The notes under the pieces were generated by a model. That model ran no database searches and was not told where the DNA came from. It saw nothing but the letters and a program-made list of their open reading frames with translations. This document shows, in pieces, positions 18,865 through 29,554 of a stretch of 64,000 nt of DNA; position 1 is the stretch's first letter; the number at the start of each line of letters is the position of its first letter. Source of the stretch: an uncultured Gammaproteobacteria bacterium (GTDB taxonomy: Bacteria > Pseudomonadota > Gammaproteobacteria > UBA9214); assembly GCA_963827755.1 (NCBI GenBank), contig CAWHCQ010000037.1, positions 1 to 64,000 on the forward strand. The letters run 5' to 3'. The position numbers were made by a program, and so were the translations under genes.

Positions 18865-20580
18865 CTAGGAACCAGCGCTGCGTTTACGGGTCTTGCGCGG
18901 TGCCGGTTTCTGCTCGGACTGCTCGATCATCTCGCGGGCATGTTCGCGGGTCTGGGCGGTGATCTTCACGCCACCGAGCATGCGTGCCAGCTCGTCGATG
19001 CGTTCTTCCTTGTTTAAAGGCCGAATGCGGATACGGGTGCTGTCCTTGCCGGACAGCTTGGTGACCTGCAGTTGATGATGGGCGAGGGCGGCGACCTGGG
19101 GCAGGTGGGTGACGCAGAGTACCTGGCGTTGCCTGCCCAGGTCGCGAAGTTTCCCGCCGACGATCTCCGCGACTCCGCCACCGATGCCGCTGTCGACTTC
19201 GTCGAAGATCAGGGTGGGAATGACATCACTGCCGGCGCAAATGACCTGGATGGACAGGCTGATGCGCGACAGTTCACCGCCGGAGGCCACCTTGCCGAGG
19301 GCCTGCAGCGGCTGCCCCTTGTTGGCGCTGACCTGGAACTCGATGTTATCCAGACCGTGCCTGCCAAACGCACTGTCCTTGCGCGGGCTGACAGCTACTT
19401 CGAAGATGCCGCCGGCCATGCCGAGGGTTTGCATGGCCGCGGTGATCTGCTTGCCAAATGCGCGCGCTGTTTTTTTACGCTTTCCGCTGAGTTGTCTGGC
19501 GCAGTCCAGAAACAACTGCTCCAGTTCGCCTGTTTGAGCCTGCAGTGCTTCACGGTGCTGATCGGCATGTTCAATCGAATCCAGCTCTTCGCGCAGTTTC
19601 TCCTCGACCGCGGGGAGTTCCTCCGCCGTGCAGTGATGCTTGCGTGCCAGGTCGTGGAGGACACCGATGCGTTCTTCCAGCCAGTTGAGGCGCTGCGGAT
19701 CGATTTCCAGCCGGTCCGCATAGTGACGCAGGGCATCGGTGCCTTCCTGCACCAGCAGCGCGGACTCGCTTAACAGCCGGGCGGTTTCTTCCAGCCGCGG
19801 GTCGAGGTGCGCCAGTTCATTGAGTTCATCCCGGGTGTGTACGATCAGGCTGTAGGCTGTATCGCCGTCGTCGGCATCGAGCCGGTTGAGCCCCTGCTGG
19901 CAGGCCTCCAGCAGGCGGCCTGCATTGGCCTGGCGGCCATGTTCCGCATCGATTGCGCTGATCTCCGCGCTGTCCAGTCCGAGGGATTCCAGTTCCTGCA
20001 GCTGGTAACGCAGCAGGTCGAGCCGGGCATCCCGGTCGCTGTCATCCTGTACGCAGGCGTCCAGTGCGGCCCGCGCGGCCTTCCATGCAGTGTAGTGGCC
20101 GGCAAGTTCGTCCAGCTGCGCCTGGTGCCCGCCAAAGGTATCCAGTAACTGTCGCTGCACGGCCGTGCGCAGCAGCGACTGGTGCTCATGCTGGCCGTGA
20201 ATATCAACCAGCTGTTCGCCGAGTTCGCGCAGTGATTGCATCGGTACCGTCTGGCCGTTGATATAACCGCGTGAACGGCCCTCGCGGCTGATAATGCGGC
20301 GAATCTGGCATTCGCCGTCCCGGTCCAGTTCCTGCCCGGCCAGCCAGCTGTTGACGGCGGCATTGCCGCGCACGTTAAAAGCGGCTGAAATTTCGGTGCG
20401 ATCGCAGCCATGCCGAATCACGCTGCTGTCGGCACGGTCACCCAGTACCAGTCCGAGTGCATCGACGAGGATTGATTTGCCGGCCCCCGTTTCCCCGGTC
20501 AGCGCGGTCATGCCGTCGCCGGGCTCGACCTCGACCTCGTCGACAATCGCCAGGTTGCGCACATGCAGCTGGGTCAGCAT
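18865..20580 (-). CDS. recN: DNA repair protein RecN
   Basis: LTGETGAGKSIL; VASGGELSR; FDEVDSGIGG; VTHLPQVAA. Confidence 0.96.
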   Translation of the reverse strand: MLTQLHVRNLAIVDEVEVEPGDGMTALTGETGAGKSILVDALGLVLGDRADSSVIRHGCDRTEISAAFNVRGNAAVNSWLAGQELDRDGECQIRRIISREGRSRGYINGQTVPMQSLRELGEQLVDIHGQHEHQSLLRTAVQRQLLDTFGGHQAQLDELAGHYTAWKAARAALDACVQDDSDRDARLDLLRYQLQELESLGLDSAEISAIDAEHGRQANAGRLLEACQQGLNRLDADDGDTAYSLIVHTRDELNELAHLDPRLEETARLLSESALLVQEGTDALRHYADRLEIDPQRLNWLEERIGVLHDLARKHHCTAEELPAVEEKLREELDSIEHADQHREALQAQTGELEQLFLDCARQLSGKRKKTARAFGKQITAAMQTLGMAGGIFEVAVSPRKDSAFGRHGLDNIEFQVSANKGQPLQALGKVASGGELSRISLSIQVICAGSDVIPTLIFDEVDSGIGGGVAEIVGGKLRDLGRQRQVLCVTHLPQVAALAHHQLQVTKLSGKDSTRIRIRPLNKEERIDELARMLGGVKITAQTREHAREMIEQSEQKPAPRKTRKRSAGS

Positions 20581-20618
20581 GCCTGTCCCTCTTTGCTCAC
20601 GCTAAACCCCGCCCACCC

Positions 20619-20644
20619 TGCAGGAGCGAGCGCCAGCTCGCGAA
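20619..20644 (+). repeat. Single REP, same family as 11709
   Basis: TGCAGGAGCGAGCGCCAGCTCGCGAA. Confidence 0.7.
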
Positions 20645-20669
20645 CGCTTCGCGAACACCCCGCTAACAC

Positions 20670-21545
20670 TCAAGGCTGTTCGCTCCAGCGCAGTTTCTCC
20701 CGGAGGACCCTGAAAAAGTCATGCCCGGGCGGGTGCAGCAATTGCAGGGTGTGCGCGTGCTTGCGCACCGTGACGTGGTCGCCGGGTTCAAGCGGCTGGC
20801 TCAGCTGTCCATCGCAGGACACCTGTGCGGCAAGGTTGCCCCGGTGAACAATGATCTCGATCACCGAGTCATCGTGCACCACGATGGGGCGGTTGCTGAG
20901 CGTATGCGGGCAGATGGGTACCAGCGTCAGGGCACCCAGTTTCGGGTGCAGGATCGGGCCGCCACCGGAGAGGGCATAGGCGGTCGAGCCGGTCGGTGTG
21001 GCGACGATCAGGCCGTCCGAGCGGGTCGAATTGAGGAAGGCGCCATCTATGCTGGTATCAAGCTCGATCATGCGTGCAATGTCTTTCTTGTGCACGATGA
21101 CATCGTTCAAGGCAATGCACTCGCTGCGGATTTCTCCATCGCGGACGATGCTGGAGTGCAGCAGGGTGCGTTCCTCCTCGAGGAAGTCACCGGCGAAAAT
21201 ATTGTCCAGCTGTTGCGTCATCTCCTCCGGCGAGACATCCACCAGGAAACCGAGCCGGCCGAGGTTGACCCCCAGCACCGCTACGCCGGGCTCGGCGAGG
21301 CTGCGGGCGGCATTCAGCAGGGTGCCGTCACCGCCGACCACGATCGCGAGATCGCACTTGCCGGCAAGCGTGGCGCGGTCCGCCACCGGGTAACTGTGAT
21401 TCGGGAAATGTTCGGCAATGCCTTCATCCAGCAGTACTTTGGCCTTCAGTTTTTCAAGATAGGCGGCGAGGGTGCGCAGGCTTGCCGAGACGTTTTTGTC
21501 CGCCGATCTGCCAATCAGGCCAACGCGTTTGAAATGAGGCTTCAT
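20670..21545 (-). CDS. nadK: NAD kinase
   Basis: GGDGTLL; GVNLGRLGFL; DGLIVATPTGSTAYALSGGG. Confidence 0.95.
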   Translation of the reverse strand: MKPHFKRVGLIGRSADKNVSASLRTLAAYLEKLKAKVLLDEGIAEHFPNHSYPVADRATLAGKCDLAIVVGGDGTLLNAARSLAEPGVAVLGVNLGRLGFLVDVSPEEMTQQLDNIFAGDFLEEERTLLHSSIVRDGEIRSECIALNDVIVHKKDIARMIELDTSIDGAFLNSTRSDGLIVATPTGSTAYALSGGGPILHPKLGALTLVPICPHTLSNRPIVVHDDSVIEIIVHRGNLAAQVSCDGQLSQPLEPGDHVTVRKHAHTLQLLHPPGHDFFRVLREKLRWSEQP

Positions 21546-21646
21546 AGGTCTGCGGATTATAAGGAATGGTGCTGTGCAAACTACCATGACTCCCGGGATG
21601 CGCCAACCATTGCGGGCAATGGGCCGGCTGGCCTGCCAGGACCTGT

Positions 21647-21673
21647 CTGGCAGTCTATCCGCGAGAGTGCCAA
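21647..21673. promoter_or_regulatory. CIRCE-like operator
   Basis: CTGGCAGTC-N9-GAGTGCCAA versus consensus TTAGCACTC-N9-GAGTGCTAA, upstream of hrcA. Confidence 0.75.
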
Positions 21674-21721
21674 ATGATTTATCATGGCTTTATGTTTGTC
21701 CCAGCCCGATGACACCGCGAA

Positions 21722-22765
21722 ATGAAAGATTCGATGCCGGATATCAATGAACGCGCCCAGGTAATGCTGCGGGCGCTGATCAACCGTTATGTGCTCGACG
21801 GGCAGCCGGTGGGTTCCCGCACCCTGGCGCGCGAGGCCGGGCTGGAACTGAGCCCTGCAACCATCCGCAATGTCATGTCGGATCTTGAAGATCTCGGCTT
21901 CGTCAGTTCGCCGCATACCTCGGCCGGCCGGATTCCCACGGTAAAGGGATACCGTTTCTTCGTCGACACGCTGCTGACCGTCGAGCCGCTCAACAAGCGG
22001 GCGTTTGAAAAAATGCGCTCGGAACTGGAGTCGGAGGAGGGCAAAAAGGACCTGATTGAATCCGCCTCCGGCATGTTGTCGGGTATTACCCATCTCGCCG
22101 GTGTCGTCACCCTGCCCAGGCATGAACACTCCCTGTTCAAGCAGGTGGAGTTCCTGCCGCTCGCCGATAACCGCATCCTGACAATCCTCGTCACCGGTGA
22201 CGACGAAGTGCAAAACCGCATCATTGTCACCGAGAAGAAAATCAGCCCGGCGGAAATGCAGCAGGCCTCCAATTACCTGAACAGCCTGTTTGCCGGCAAG
22301 GATATCGCCGAGGTGCGCAGCACCTTGCTGAGCGAGATGCAGGAAACGCGTTCGACCATGAACAGCATGATGGTCACGGCCATGCGCATGGCCGACGAGG
22401 TGCTGGACAGCACCTCGCGTGGCGGCTTCGTGATGGCCGGGCAGACCAACCTGATGGAGTTCGAGGAACTCTGCAACATCGACAAGCTGCGCAAGCTGTT
22501 TGATGCCTTCAGCAAGAAGCGTGACATGCTGCACCTGCTCGACCAGTGCGTGAATGCCGAGGGCATCCAGATCTTCATCGGCGAGGAATCCGGCTACCAG
22601 ATGCTCGATGAATGCAGCATGGTGACGGCACCGTATTCAGTGAAGGGTGAGGTCCTGGGCGTGCTCGGCGTGATCGGGCCGACACGCATGGCCTATGACC
22701 GGGTTATCCCGATCGTCGATGCCACCGCCCGCCTGCTGAGCGCGGCCTTGAATCAAAAGGATTAG
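21722..22765 (+). CDS. hrcA: Heat-inducible repressor HrcA
   Basis: PVGSRTL; LSPATIRNVMSDLE; PHTSAGRIPT; GVIGPTRM. Confidence 0.96.
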   Translation: MKDSMPDINERAQVMLRALINRYVLDGQPVGSRTLAREAGLELSPATIRNVMSDLEDLGFVSSPHTSAGRIPTVKGYRFFVDTLLTVEPLNKRAFEKMRSELESEEGKKDLIESASGMLSGITHLAGVVTLPRHEHSLFKQVEFLPLADNRILTILVTGDDEVQNRIIVTEKKISPAEMQQASNYLNSLFAGKDIAEVRSTLLSEMQETRSTMNSMMVTAMRMADEVLDSTSRGGFVMAGQTNLMEFEELCNIDKLRKLFDAFSKKRDMLHLLDQCVNAEGIQIFIGEESGYQMLDECSMVTAPYSVKGEVLGVLGVIGPTRMAYDRVIPIVDATARLLSAALNQKD

Positions 22766-22774
22766 CCCCCATAT
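22747..22774 (+). promoter_or_regulatory. Sigma32 promoter of grpE
   Basis: CTTGAA-N14-CCCCATAT. Confidence 0.8.
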
Positions 22775-22833
22775 CGTCAACAAATCACCCATCCCGCGTA
22801 TCAAGCAGGATCACAAGTTAGTGGAGCAACACT

Positions 22834-23409
22834 ATGTCTGAGAAGGAAAAAATCAGCGACGAGGACAGCCTGGAAGAGGCTATCGCCGGAATAGCTGAAG
22901 AATCGCCCGAAGGCGTTCAGGGCGCTGAGACTGATCATGCCGAGATGACCGCCCTGCTGGAAGATGCCCGCGGCAAGGCGGATGAGCACTGGGATCAGTG
23001 CCTGCGCCTGCAGGCGGAAATCGATAACCTGCGCAAGCGCAGCGAACGCGATCTGGCCAATGCGCACAAGTATGCGCTGGAACGCTTTGTCGCGGAGCTG
23101 CTGCCGGTGCAGGACAGCCTGGAAATGGGTCTGGCCGCCTTCGAGCAGGAAAATGCCGACGTCGGCAAGCTGAAGGAGGGCAACGAATTGACCCTGCAGA
23201 TGCTTGCCAATGCGCTGGCCAAATTCAATGTCAGTGAAGTCAACCCGCAGGATGAGCCCTTCAACCCGGAATTCCACCAGGCCATGTCGACGCAGCCGCG
23301 CGATGACGTCGAACCGAATACCGTGGTGACGGTGGTGCAGAAAGGCTACCTGCTGAATGACCGCCTGGTCCGCCCGGCGATGGTGATCGTCTCGCAGGCA
23401 CCGGCTTAA
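22834..23409 (+). CDS. grpE: Nucleotide exchange factor GrpE
   Basis: LRLQAEIDNLRKR; FNPEFHQA; QKGYLLNDRLVRPAMV. Confidence 0.96.
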   Translation: MSEKEKISDEDSLEEAIAGIAEESPEGVQGAETDHAEMTALLEDARGKADEHWDQCLRLQAEIDNLRKRSERDLANAHKYALERFVAELLPVQDSLEMGLAAFEQENADVGKLKEGNELTLQMLANALAKFNVSEVNPQDEPFNPEFHQAMSTQPRDDVEPNTVVTVVQKGYLLNDRLVRPAMVIVSQAPA

Positions 23410-23426
23410 AAAAAACGCCACCGGCC

Positions 23427-23455
23427 CTTGTTTTTAGATACTACCGCCCCCACTT
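23427..23455 (+). promoter_or_regulatory. Putative sigma32 promoter of dnaK
   Basis: CTTGTT ... CCCCACTT with sigma32-like spacing. Confidence 0.55.
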
Positions 23456-23520
23456 CAAGGGTAATGACGAGTTAAATTCAATTTCATAAATATCATGTAT
23501 TTACGCGGAGATTAGAGAAA

Positions 23521-25447
23521 ATGGGCAAGATAATCGGAATTGACCTGGGTACCACCAACTCCTGTGTCGCGGTCATGGAGGGCGGCAAGGCCCGGGTGAT
23601 CGAAAACAGCGAAGGCGACCGGACCACCCCGTCCATCGTCGCCTTCGTCGATAACGACGAGGTGCTGGTCGGCCAGGCCGCCAAGCGCCAGGCCGTCACC
23701 AACCCGACCAATACCCTGTTTGCCATCAAGCGCCTGATCGGCCGCCGTTTCGAGGAAGACGTGGTGCAGCGCGATATCGAGCTGGTGTCCTACAAGCTGG
23801 TGAAGGCCGACAACGGCGATGCCTGGGTTGAAGTCAAGGGCAAAAAAATGTCGCCGCCGGAAATTTCCGCCCGCGTACTGCAGAAGATGAAGAGCACGGC
23901 AGAGGACTACCTCGGTGAAGAAGTCACCGAGGCCGTGGTCACGGTGCCGGCCTATTTCAACGACTCTCAGCGCCAGGCCACCAAGGATGCCGGTCGTATT
24001 GCCGGTCTGGATGTGAAGCGCATTATCAACGAGCCGACCGCGGCCGCCCTGGCCTATGGCATGGACAAGAAGCGCGGGGATACGAAGATCGCCGTCTACG
24101 ACCTCGGTGGCGGTACGTTTGATATCTCCATTATCGAAATCGCCGATGTCGATGGTGAGCACCAGTTCGAGGTGCTCTCCACCAATGGTGATACCTTCCT
24201 CGGTGGTGAAGACTTCGACAAGCGTCTGATTGATTATCTCGCGGACCAGTTCAAGAAAGACCAGGGTATGGACCTGCGCGGTGATCCGCTCGCCATGCAG
24301 CGCCTCAGGGAAGGCGCCGAGAAGGCGAAGATCGAGCTCTCGTCCAGTCAGCAGACAGATGTGAACCTGCCGTACATCACGGCTGATGCCAGCGGTCCGA
24401 AGCATCTCAACATGAAGCTGACGCGTGCCAAGCTGGAATCGCTGGTCGAGGAACTGATCGACCGCACCATTGGCCCGTGCAAGATGGCGCTGAAGGACGC
24501 CGGCCTGTCGGCCAGCGAGATCGATGACGTCATCCTTGTCGGTGGCCAGACGCGTATGCCGAAGGTGCAGGAAGCCGTACAGAACATATTCGGCAAGGAG
24601 CCGAAGAAAGACCTTAACCCGGACGAGGCGGTCGCCATCGGTGCGGCCATCCAGGGTGGTGTGCTCGGTGGTGAAGTGAAAGACGTGCTTTTGCTGGACG
24701 TCACGCCGCTGTCGCTGGGTATCGAGACAATGGGCGGCGTCATGACCAAGCTGATCGAGAAGAACACCACCATCCCGACCAAGGCGAGCCAGGTGTTTTC
24801 CACGGCCGATGACAACCAGGGTGCCGTGACCGTGCATGTGCTGCAGGGTGAACGTGACGTGGCGAACGGCGAACAAATCACTGGGCCGCTTTGACCTCAG
24901 CGATATTCCGCCGGCCCCGCGTGGTGTGCCGCAGATCGAGGTGACCTTTGATCTCGATGCCAACGGCATCATGCACGTCTCGGCAAAAGACAAGGCCACC
25001 GGCAAGGAACAGTCGATCCAGATCAAGGCCTCCAGCGGCCTGTCGGATGAAGAGATCAACAAGATGGTCAAGGACGCCGAGGAGCATGCCGAGGAAGATC
25101 GCAAGTTCCACGAGCTGATCGATGTGCGCAACCAGGCCGACGGCCTGATCCACGCGACCAAAAAGTCGCTGGCCGATCTGGCCGACAAGGTGGACGAGGC
25201 CGAGAAGACCGGCATCGAGGCCGCGATGGCCGAACTCGAAGAAGCCATGAAGGGCGACGACAAGGAGGCCATCGAGGCAAAGACCAAAGCGCTGGGTGAA
25301 GTCTCCGGCAAGCTGGCCGAACGCGTCTACAAGGAACAGGCCGAGCAGGGCGGCGCCCCCGAGGGCGAGGCCGCGACTGCCGAGGCCGGCGGTGAAGACG
25401 ATGTCGTCGACGCCGAGTTCGAGGAAGTAAAAGACAGCGATAAATAA
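23521..25447 (+). CDS. dnaK: Chaperone DnaK, +1 frameshift near 24865
   Basis: GIDLGTTNS; DLGGGTFD; continues in a second frame as [20 protein letters not shown]. Confidence 0.95.
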
Positions 25448-25454
25448 GTAACGG

Positions 25455-25590
25455 CACCCCCCGTAAACTCCCTCCCCTTCGGGGCGACTGCAGGGATGCA
25501 GGAGGTAGAGCACCAAAAGCAGGCGCTTTAGGCGACGCAGGAGCAGTTGCCGAGAGGGTTGGGGAGAGCGAAGCGAGGGGCCGGGGATCG
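25455..25590. repeat. Composite palindromic intergenic repeat
   Basis: Outer CTCCCTCCCCTTC / GAGAGGGTTGGGGAG arms enclosing GGCGACTGC..GCAGTTGCC arms. Confidence 0.5.
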
Positions 25591-25712
25591 ATAAATGGCA
25601 TGAGCCTTGTATTTATCCCCCCATCGTTAAAAGGTCCGGACCCGCTGTCAGCGGTCCCGGACTTTCCTGTGTCTGGACGATGCAGTAAATAATGAAGCGA
25701 AACTGAAAACCT

Positions 25713-26852
25713 ATGTCAAAACGCGATTACTACGAAGTCCTCGGCGTCTCCAAGAACGCCAGCGAAGCGGAGCTGAAAAAGGCCTACCGCCGTGCCGCAC
25801 AAAAACATCACCCGGACCGTAACCCGGACAATGCCGACTCGGAAGCAAAATTCAAGGAATGCAAGGAGGCCTGGGAAATCCTCGGCGACTCGCAGAAACG
25901 CGCCGCCTACGACCAGTTCGGCCATGCCGGCGTCGACCCCTCCATGGGCGGTGGTCGCGGTGGCTTTGGTGCCGGCGCGGGCGTCAACGATATTTTCGGT
26001 GATGTCTTCGGTGACATCTTCGGTGGCGGCCGCGCACGCGGTGGCGGCCAGCGCGTCTATCGCGGCTCGGACCTGCGCTATAACCTGGAAATGTCCCTCG
26101 AAGATGCCGTCGCCGGTACCGAGGTGAAGATCCGCGTACCGACCCTGGTGAGTTGTGAAGCGTGCAGCGGCAGTGGCGCGAAGAAGGGCAGTTCACCGGT
26201 CAAGTGCACCACCTGCGACGGGCATGGCCAGGTACGCATGCAGCAGGGCTTCTTTTCCCTGCAGCAGGCCTGCCCGCATTGCCAGGGCAAGGGCACGATC
26301 ATTTCCGACCCCTGCACCAGCTGCCACGGCAAAGGCCGCGTCCAGGAGCGCAAGACCCTGTCGGTGAAGGTGCCGGCCGGCGTCGATACCGGTGACCGTA
26401 TCCGCCTTGCCGGTGAGGGCGAGGCCGGCGAGAGCGGCGGTCCGGCCGGCGACCTGTACGTACAGGTGCAGGTCAGGCAACATCCGATTTTCCATCGCGA
26501 GGAAAACAATCTCTATTGCGAAATGCCGATCAGCTTTGTCGACGCCAGCCTCGGTGGCGAGCTGGAGGTGCCTACCCTGAATGGCCGGGTGAACCTGAAG
26601 ATACCGGCGGAGACCCAGACCGGCAGAATGTTTCGCATCCGCGGCAAGGGCGTCAAGCCGGTGCGCGGCGGAGCCGTTGGCGACCTGATGTGCAAGGTAA
26701 CGGTGGAAACCCCGGTGAAACTGAGCCGCAAGCAGAAAGACCTGTTGCAGCAATTTGCCGACGAGATGAAATCCGGCGGCAGTCGCCACAGTCCGCAGGA
26801 GCACTCGTGGATGGATAGTGTAAAAAGTTTTTTTGATGATCTGGCGGGGTAA
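25713..26852 (+). CDS. dnaJ: Chaperone DnaJ
   Basis: J domain with HPD, G/F region, four CxxCxGxG repeats. Confidence 0.97.
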   Translation: MSKRDYYEVLGVSKNASEAELKKAYRRAAQKHHPDRNPDNADSEAKFKECKEAWEILGDSQKRAAYDQFGHAGVDPSMGGGRGGFGAGAGVNDIFGDVFGDIFGGGRARGGGQRVYRGSDLRYNLEMSLEDAVAGTEVKIRVPTLVSCEACSGSGAKKGSSPVKCTTCDGHGQVRMQQGFFSLQQACPHCQGKGTIISDPCTSCHGKGRVQERKTLSVKVPAGVDTGDRIRLAGEGEAGESGGPAGDLYVQVQVRQHPIFHREENNLYCEMPISFVDASLGGELEVPTLNGRVNLKIPAETQTGRMFRIRGKGVKPVRGGAVGDLMCKVTVETPVKLSRKQKDLLQQFADEMKSGGSRHSPQEHSWMDSVKSFFDDLAG

Positions 26853-26866
26853 GGTGCTTCCTCTGG

Positions 26867-26947
26867 AAAAAGGGACAGATCTATTTCTGTTTCTGCAGGA
26901 TGAATAGGACGTCAGGTTTAACCGAAAAATAGATCTGTCCTCTTTTT
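26867..26947. repeat. Inverted repeat pair, REP/MITE-like
   Basis: AAAAAGGGACAGATCTATTT ... AAATAGATCTGTCCTCTTTTT. Confidence 0.7.
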
Positions 26948-26972
26948 GCTTTCATTAAAGCCCTCCACAACA

Positions 26973-27896
26973 ATGCAGCCCATCGTTTCCATTGCAAACC
27001 TGTCCAAGACCTATGCCGATGGTTACCGGGCACTGAGGGATGTAAGCCTGGATATCGAGCCCGGGGAAATCCTGGCGCTGCTCGGTCCCAACGGTGCCGG
27101 CAAGACGACGCTGATCTCGATTGTCTGCGGGATTGTCAACGCCAGCAGCGGTTCGGTGAGGGTCGGCGGCCGTGACATCGTTGCGGATTTTCGCATCACT
27201 CGCAGCATGATCGGCCTGGTGCCGCAGGAACTTACTCTCGGCGCTTTCGATAAGGTATGGAACACGCTGTGTTTCAGTCGCGGCCTGTTCGGCAAAAAAC
27301 CGGACCCGGCTTACCTGGAGCAGCTGCTCAGGGATCTGTCGCTCTGGGAGAAGAGGGATAGCGCGCTCATGACCCTGTCGGGTGGCATGAAACGCCGCGT
27401 GTTAATAGGCAAGGCGCTGGCGCACGAACCTTCAGTCCTGTTCCTCGACGAGCCCACGGCGGGCGTGGACGTGAAGTTACGCAAGGATATGTGGGCACTG
27501 GTGCGGCGCCTGCGCGAGACCGGCGTCACCATTATCCTCACCACCCACTATATCGAAGAGGCCGAGGAGATCGCTGACCGCGTCGGCGTCATCAACAACG
27601 GCGAGCTTGTGCTGGTGGATGACAAGCAGGCGTTAATGCACAAGCTCGGCAAGCGGCAGCTGATCGTCGAACTTGAAGAGGCCGTGAGCGCCGTACCGGC
27701 TGTACTGGCCCCGTGGGCGCTGGATCTTTCGAGCGGCGGCAGCGAACTCACCTATACCTATGACCCGCATAGTACACACACCGGCATCAGCGGATTGCTG
27801 GGCGCTATCGGCGAATCCGGGTTATTGATAAAAGACCTGAAAACCACGCAAAGCTCGCTGGAAGAAATATTCGTCAACCTGGTGAGCCGAAAAATC
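26973..27896 (+). CDS. ABC transporter ATP-binding protein (YadG-like), read in frame into the permease
   Basis: GPNGAGKTT; LSGGMKRR; [10 protein letters not shown]; [11 protein letters not shown]. Confidence 0.88.
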
Positions 27897-28658
27897 ATGA
27901 ACACCCACGCCGTCAAGGTCATCTACAAATACGAAATGCTGCGTGCCTGGGAAACCCTGCTGCAAAGCCTCGCCTCGCCGGTAATTTCCACCGCACTTTA
28001 CTTCGTGGTGTTCGGCTCGGCCATTGGCTCGCGCATCGAACAAATAGACGGCGTGTCCTACGGAACCTTCATCGTGCCCGGCCTGATGATGCTGGCGCTG
28101 CTGACGCAGAGCATTGCCAACGCGTCGTTCGGTATATTCTTTCCCAAGTTCACCGGCACCATCTACGAGCTCATGTCCGCGCCGATCTCCATGACTGAAA
28201 TCCTGATTGGTTACGTGGGTGCCGCCGCCACCAAGTCACTGGTGATCGGCCTGATCATTCTCGGGACGGCAGGATTCTTTGTGCCGCTGGAGATCGCTCA
28301 CCCCGTGTGGATGACAGCATTCCTGCTGCTGACCTGCATCACCTTCAGCCTGTTTGGTTTCATCATCGGGCTATGGGCAGACAACTTCGAAAAGTTGCAA
28401 CTCATCCCGCTGCTGGTGATTACGCCGCTGGTGTTTCTCGGTGGCAGCTTTTACTCGGTCAGCATGCTGCCGCCTGCATGGCAGACCATCACCCTGTTCA
28501 ACCCGGTGGTGTACCTGATCAGCGGCTTTCGCTGGAGCTTTTTCGAGGTCTCCGATGTCAGCGTGGGACTGAGCCTGGCCATGGTGCTGGTATTCATGGG
28601 CGTCTGCCTGGCCATCGTCAGCTGGATGTTCAAAACAGGCTATCGATTGAGGCAATAG
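27897..28658 (+). CDS. ABC-2 permease (YadH-like)
   Basis: [22 protein letters not shown]; FIVPGLMM; FLGGSFYS; [11 protein letters not shown]. Confidence 0.88.
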   Translation: MNTHAVKVIYKYEMLRAWETLLQSLASPVISTALYFVVFGSAIGSRIEQIDGVSYGTFIVPGLMMLALLTQSIANASFGIFFPKFTGTIYELMSAPISMTEILIGYVGAAATKSLVIGLIILGTAGFFVPLEIAHPVWMTAFLLLTCITFSLFGFIIGLWADNFEKLQLIPLLVITPLVFLGGSFYSVSMLPPAWQTITLFNPVVYLISGFRWSFFEVSDVSVGLSLAMVLVFMGVCLAIVSWMFKTGYRLRQ

Positions 28659-28696
28659 TTGCACACCGGGTACCTTGATGAGGTAAAGTATTTCCC

Positions 28697-29081
28697 ATGA
28701 ATCGGGAGAAGAAAACCGGCAACGGCCGGCTCGACGCGGTTGTCGCGGCGGCACAGCGCGACCGCGCGCAACGTGAGTCGGGCTACCGGGAGCAGGCGCT
28801 CAAACTGTATCCCTGGATATGTGGTCGCTGTTCACGCGAGTTTACCCGCGCCAACCTGCAGGAGCTCACCGTTCACCACCGCGACCATAACCACGACAAT
28901 AATCCTCCCAATGGCAGCAACTGGGAGTTGCTGTGCCTGTATTGTCATGACAATGAGCATGCGCGCTACCTGGAGGGTGAGGCTGTCGCCGGCCCCGGCG
29001 GCTGCGGCTGGCGACAGCCCGCAGGTCTCCCACAAGGCATTGGCAGGCCTCGCTGACCTGTTGAAGAAAAAGGACGACTGA
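28697..29081 (+). CDS. YajD-family HNH nuclease, frameshift near the C-terminus
   Basis: YREQALKLYPWICGRC; VHHRDHNHDNN..NWELLCLYCHDNEH; tail LAGLADLLKKK in another frame. Confidence 0.85.
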
Positions 29082-29093
29082 TTTCCTGCGTTG

Positions 29094-29508
29094 TTATCGT
29101 TTGGTTTCTGACCAGGTGCCGGTGCGGCCGTAGAAATTCAGTATGCGGTCAGTGGTGACCAGGGTGGCCGAAAAATCCGCCACCTCCAGGGCTTCCAGTT
29201 TCTCGCCGGCCTGCACCCGGCGACTGTTCCAGCTGCCCGGAAACACCCCGTAGGCGGCAAAGCGCTGATTGGTGACGACCACGGCAACCGCGTTGGCGGT
29301 CTTGTACTCGAGGATGCGTTCCTTGGCGCTCATCTCCAGCCGGTCGAACCGTCCCAGCCTGGTGTTTGAGGCGATCACCTCGTCTTTATCGACCACCAGG
29401 AACAGCAGTTTCTCGATGTCACCGGCGCCCGCTTGCGTGTACACACAGGCAAGCGGAAATCACCAGGGTGACAACAAACCATGTGCGCAGTGCTTCCAGA
29501 GCTTGCAT
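29094..29508 (-). CDS. Hypothetical secreted protein, probable frameshift in the signal region
   Basis: ORF 29094-29444 plus an upstream ATG at 29508 with a GGAGG ribosome-binding site. Confidence 0.55.
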
Positions 29509-29554
29509 GTTTCCTCCCGTAATCAGCCTTTAATAAGGGCTGGAATCGATTTGG

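Noticed and set aside
24850-24900. Programmed frameshift or pseudogenisation of dnaK (also carA, yajD, mtfA)
   Set aside because: Single-base indels scattered through conserved housekeeping genes are best explained by sequencing error; no slippery site is evident
23512-25311. 599-aa ORF antisense to dnaK
   Set aside because: A well-known shadow ORF produced by dnaK codon bias; similar shadows lie opposite carB, nuoG and nuoH
26946-28658. Novel ATPase-permease fusion
   Set aside because: The junction CGAAAAATCATGA has an A run; removing one A gives the usual ATGA stop/start overlap, so this is probably an indel artefact
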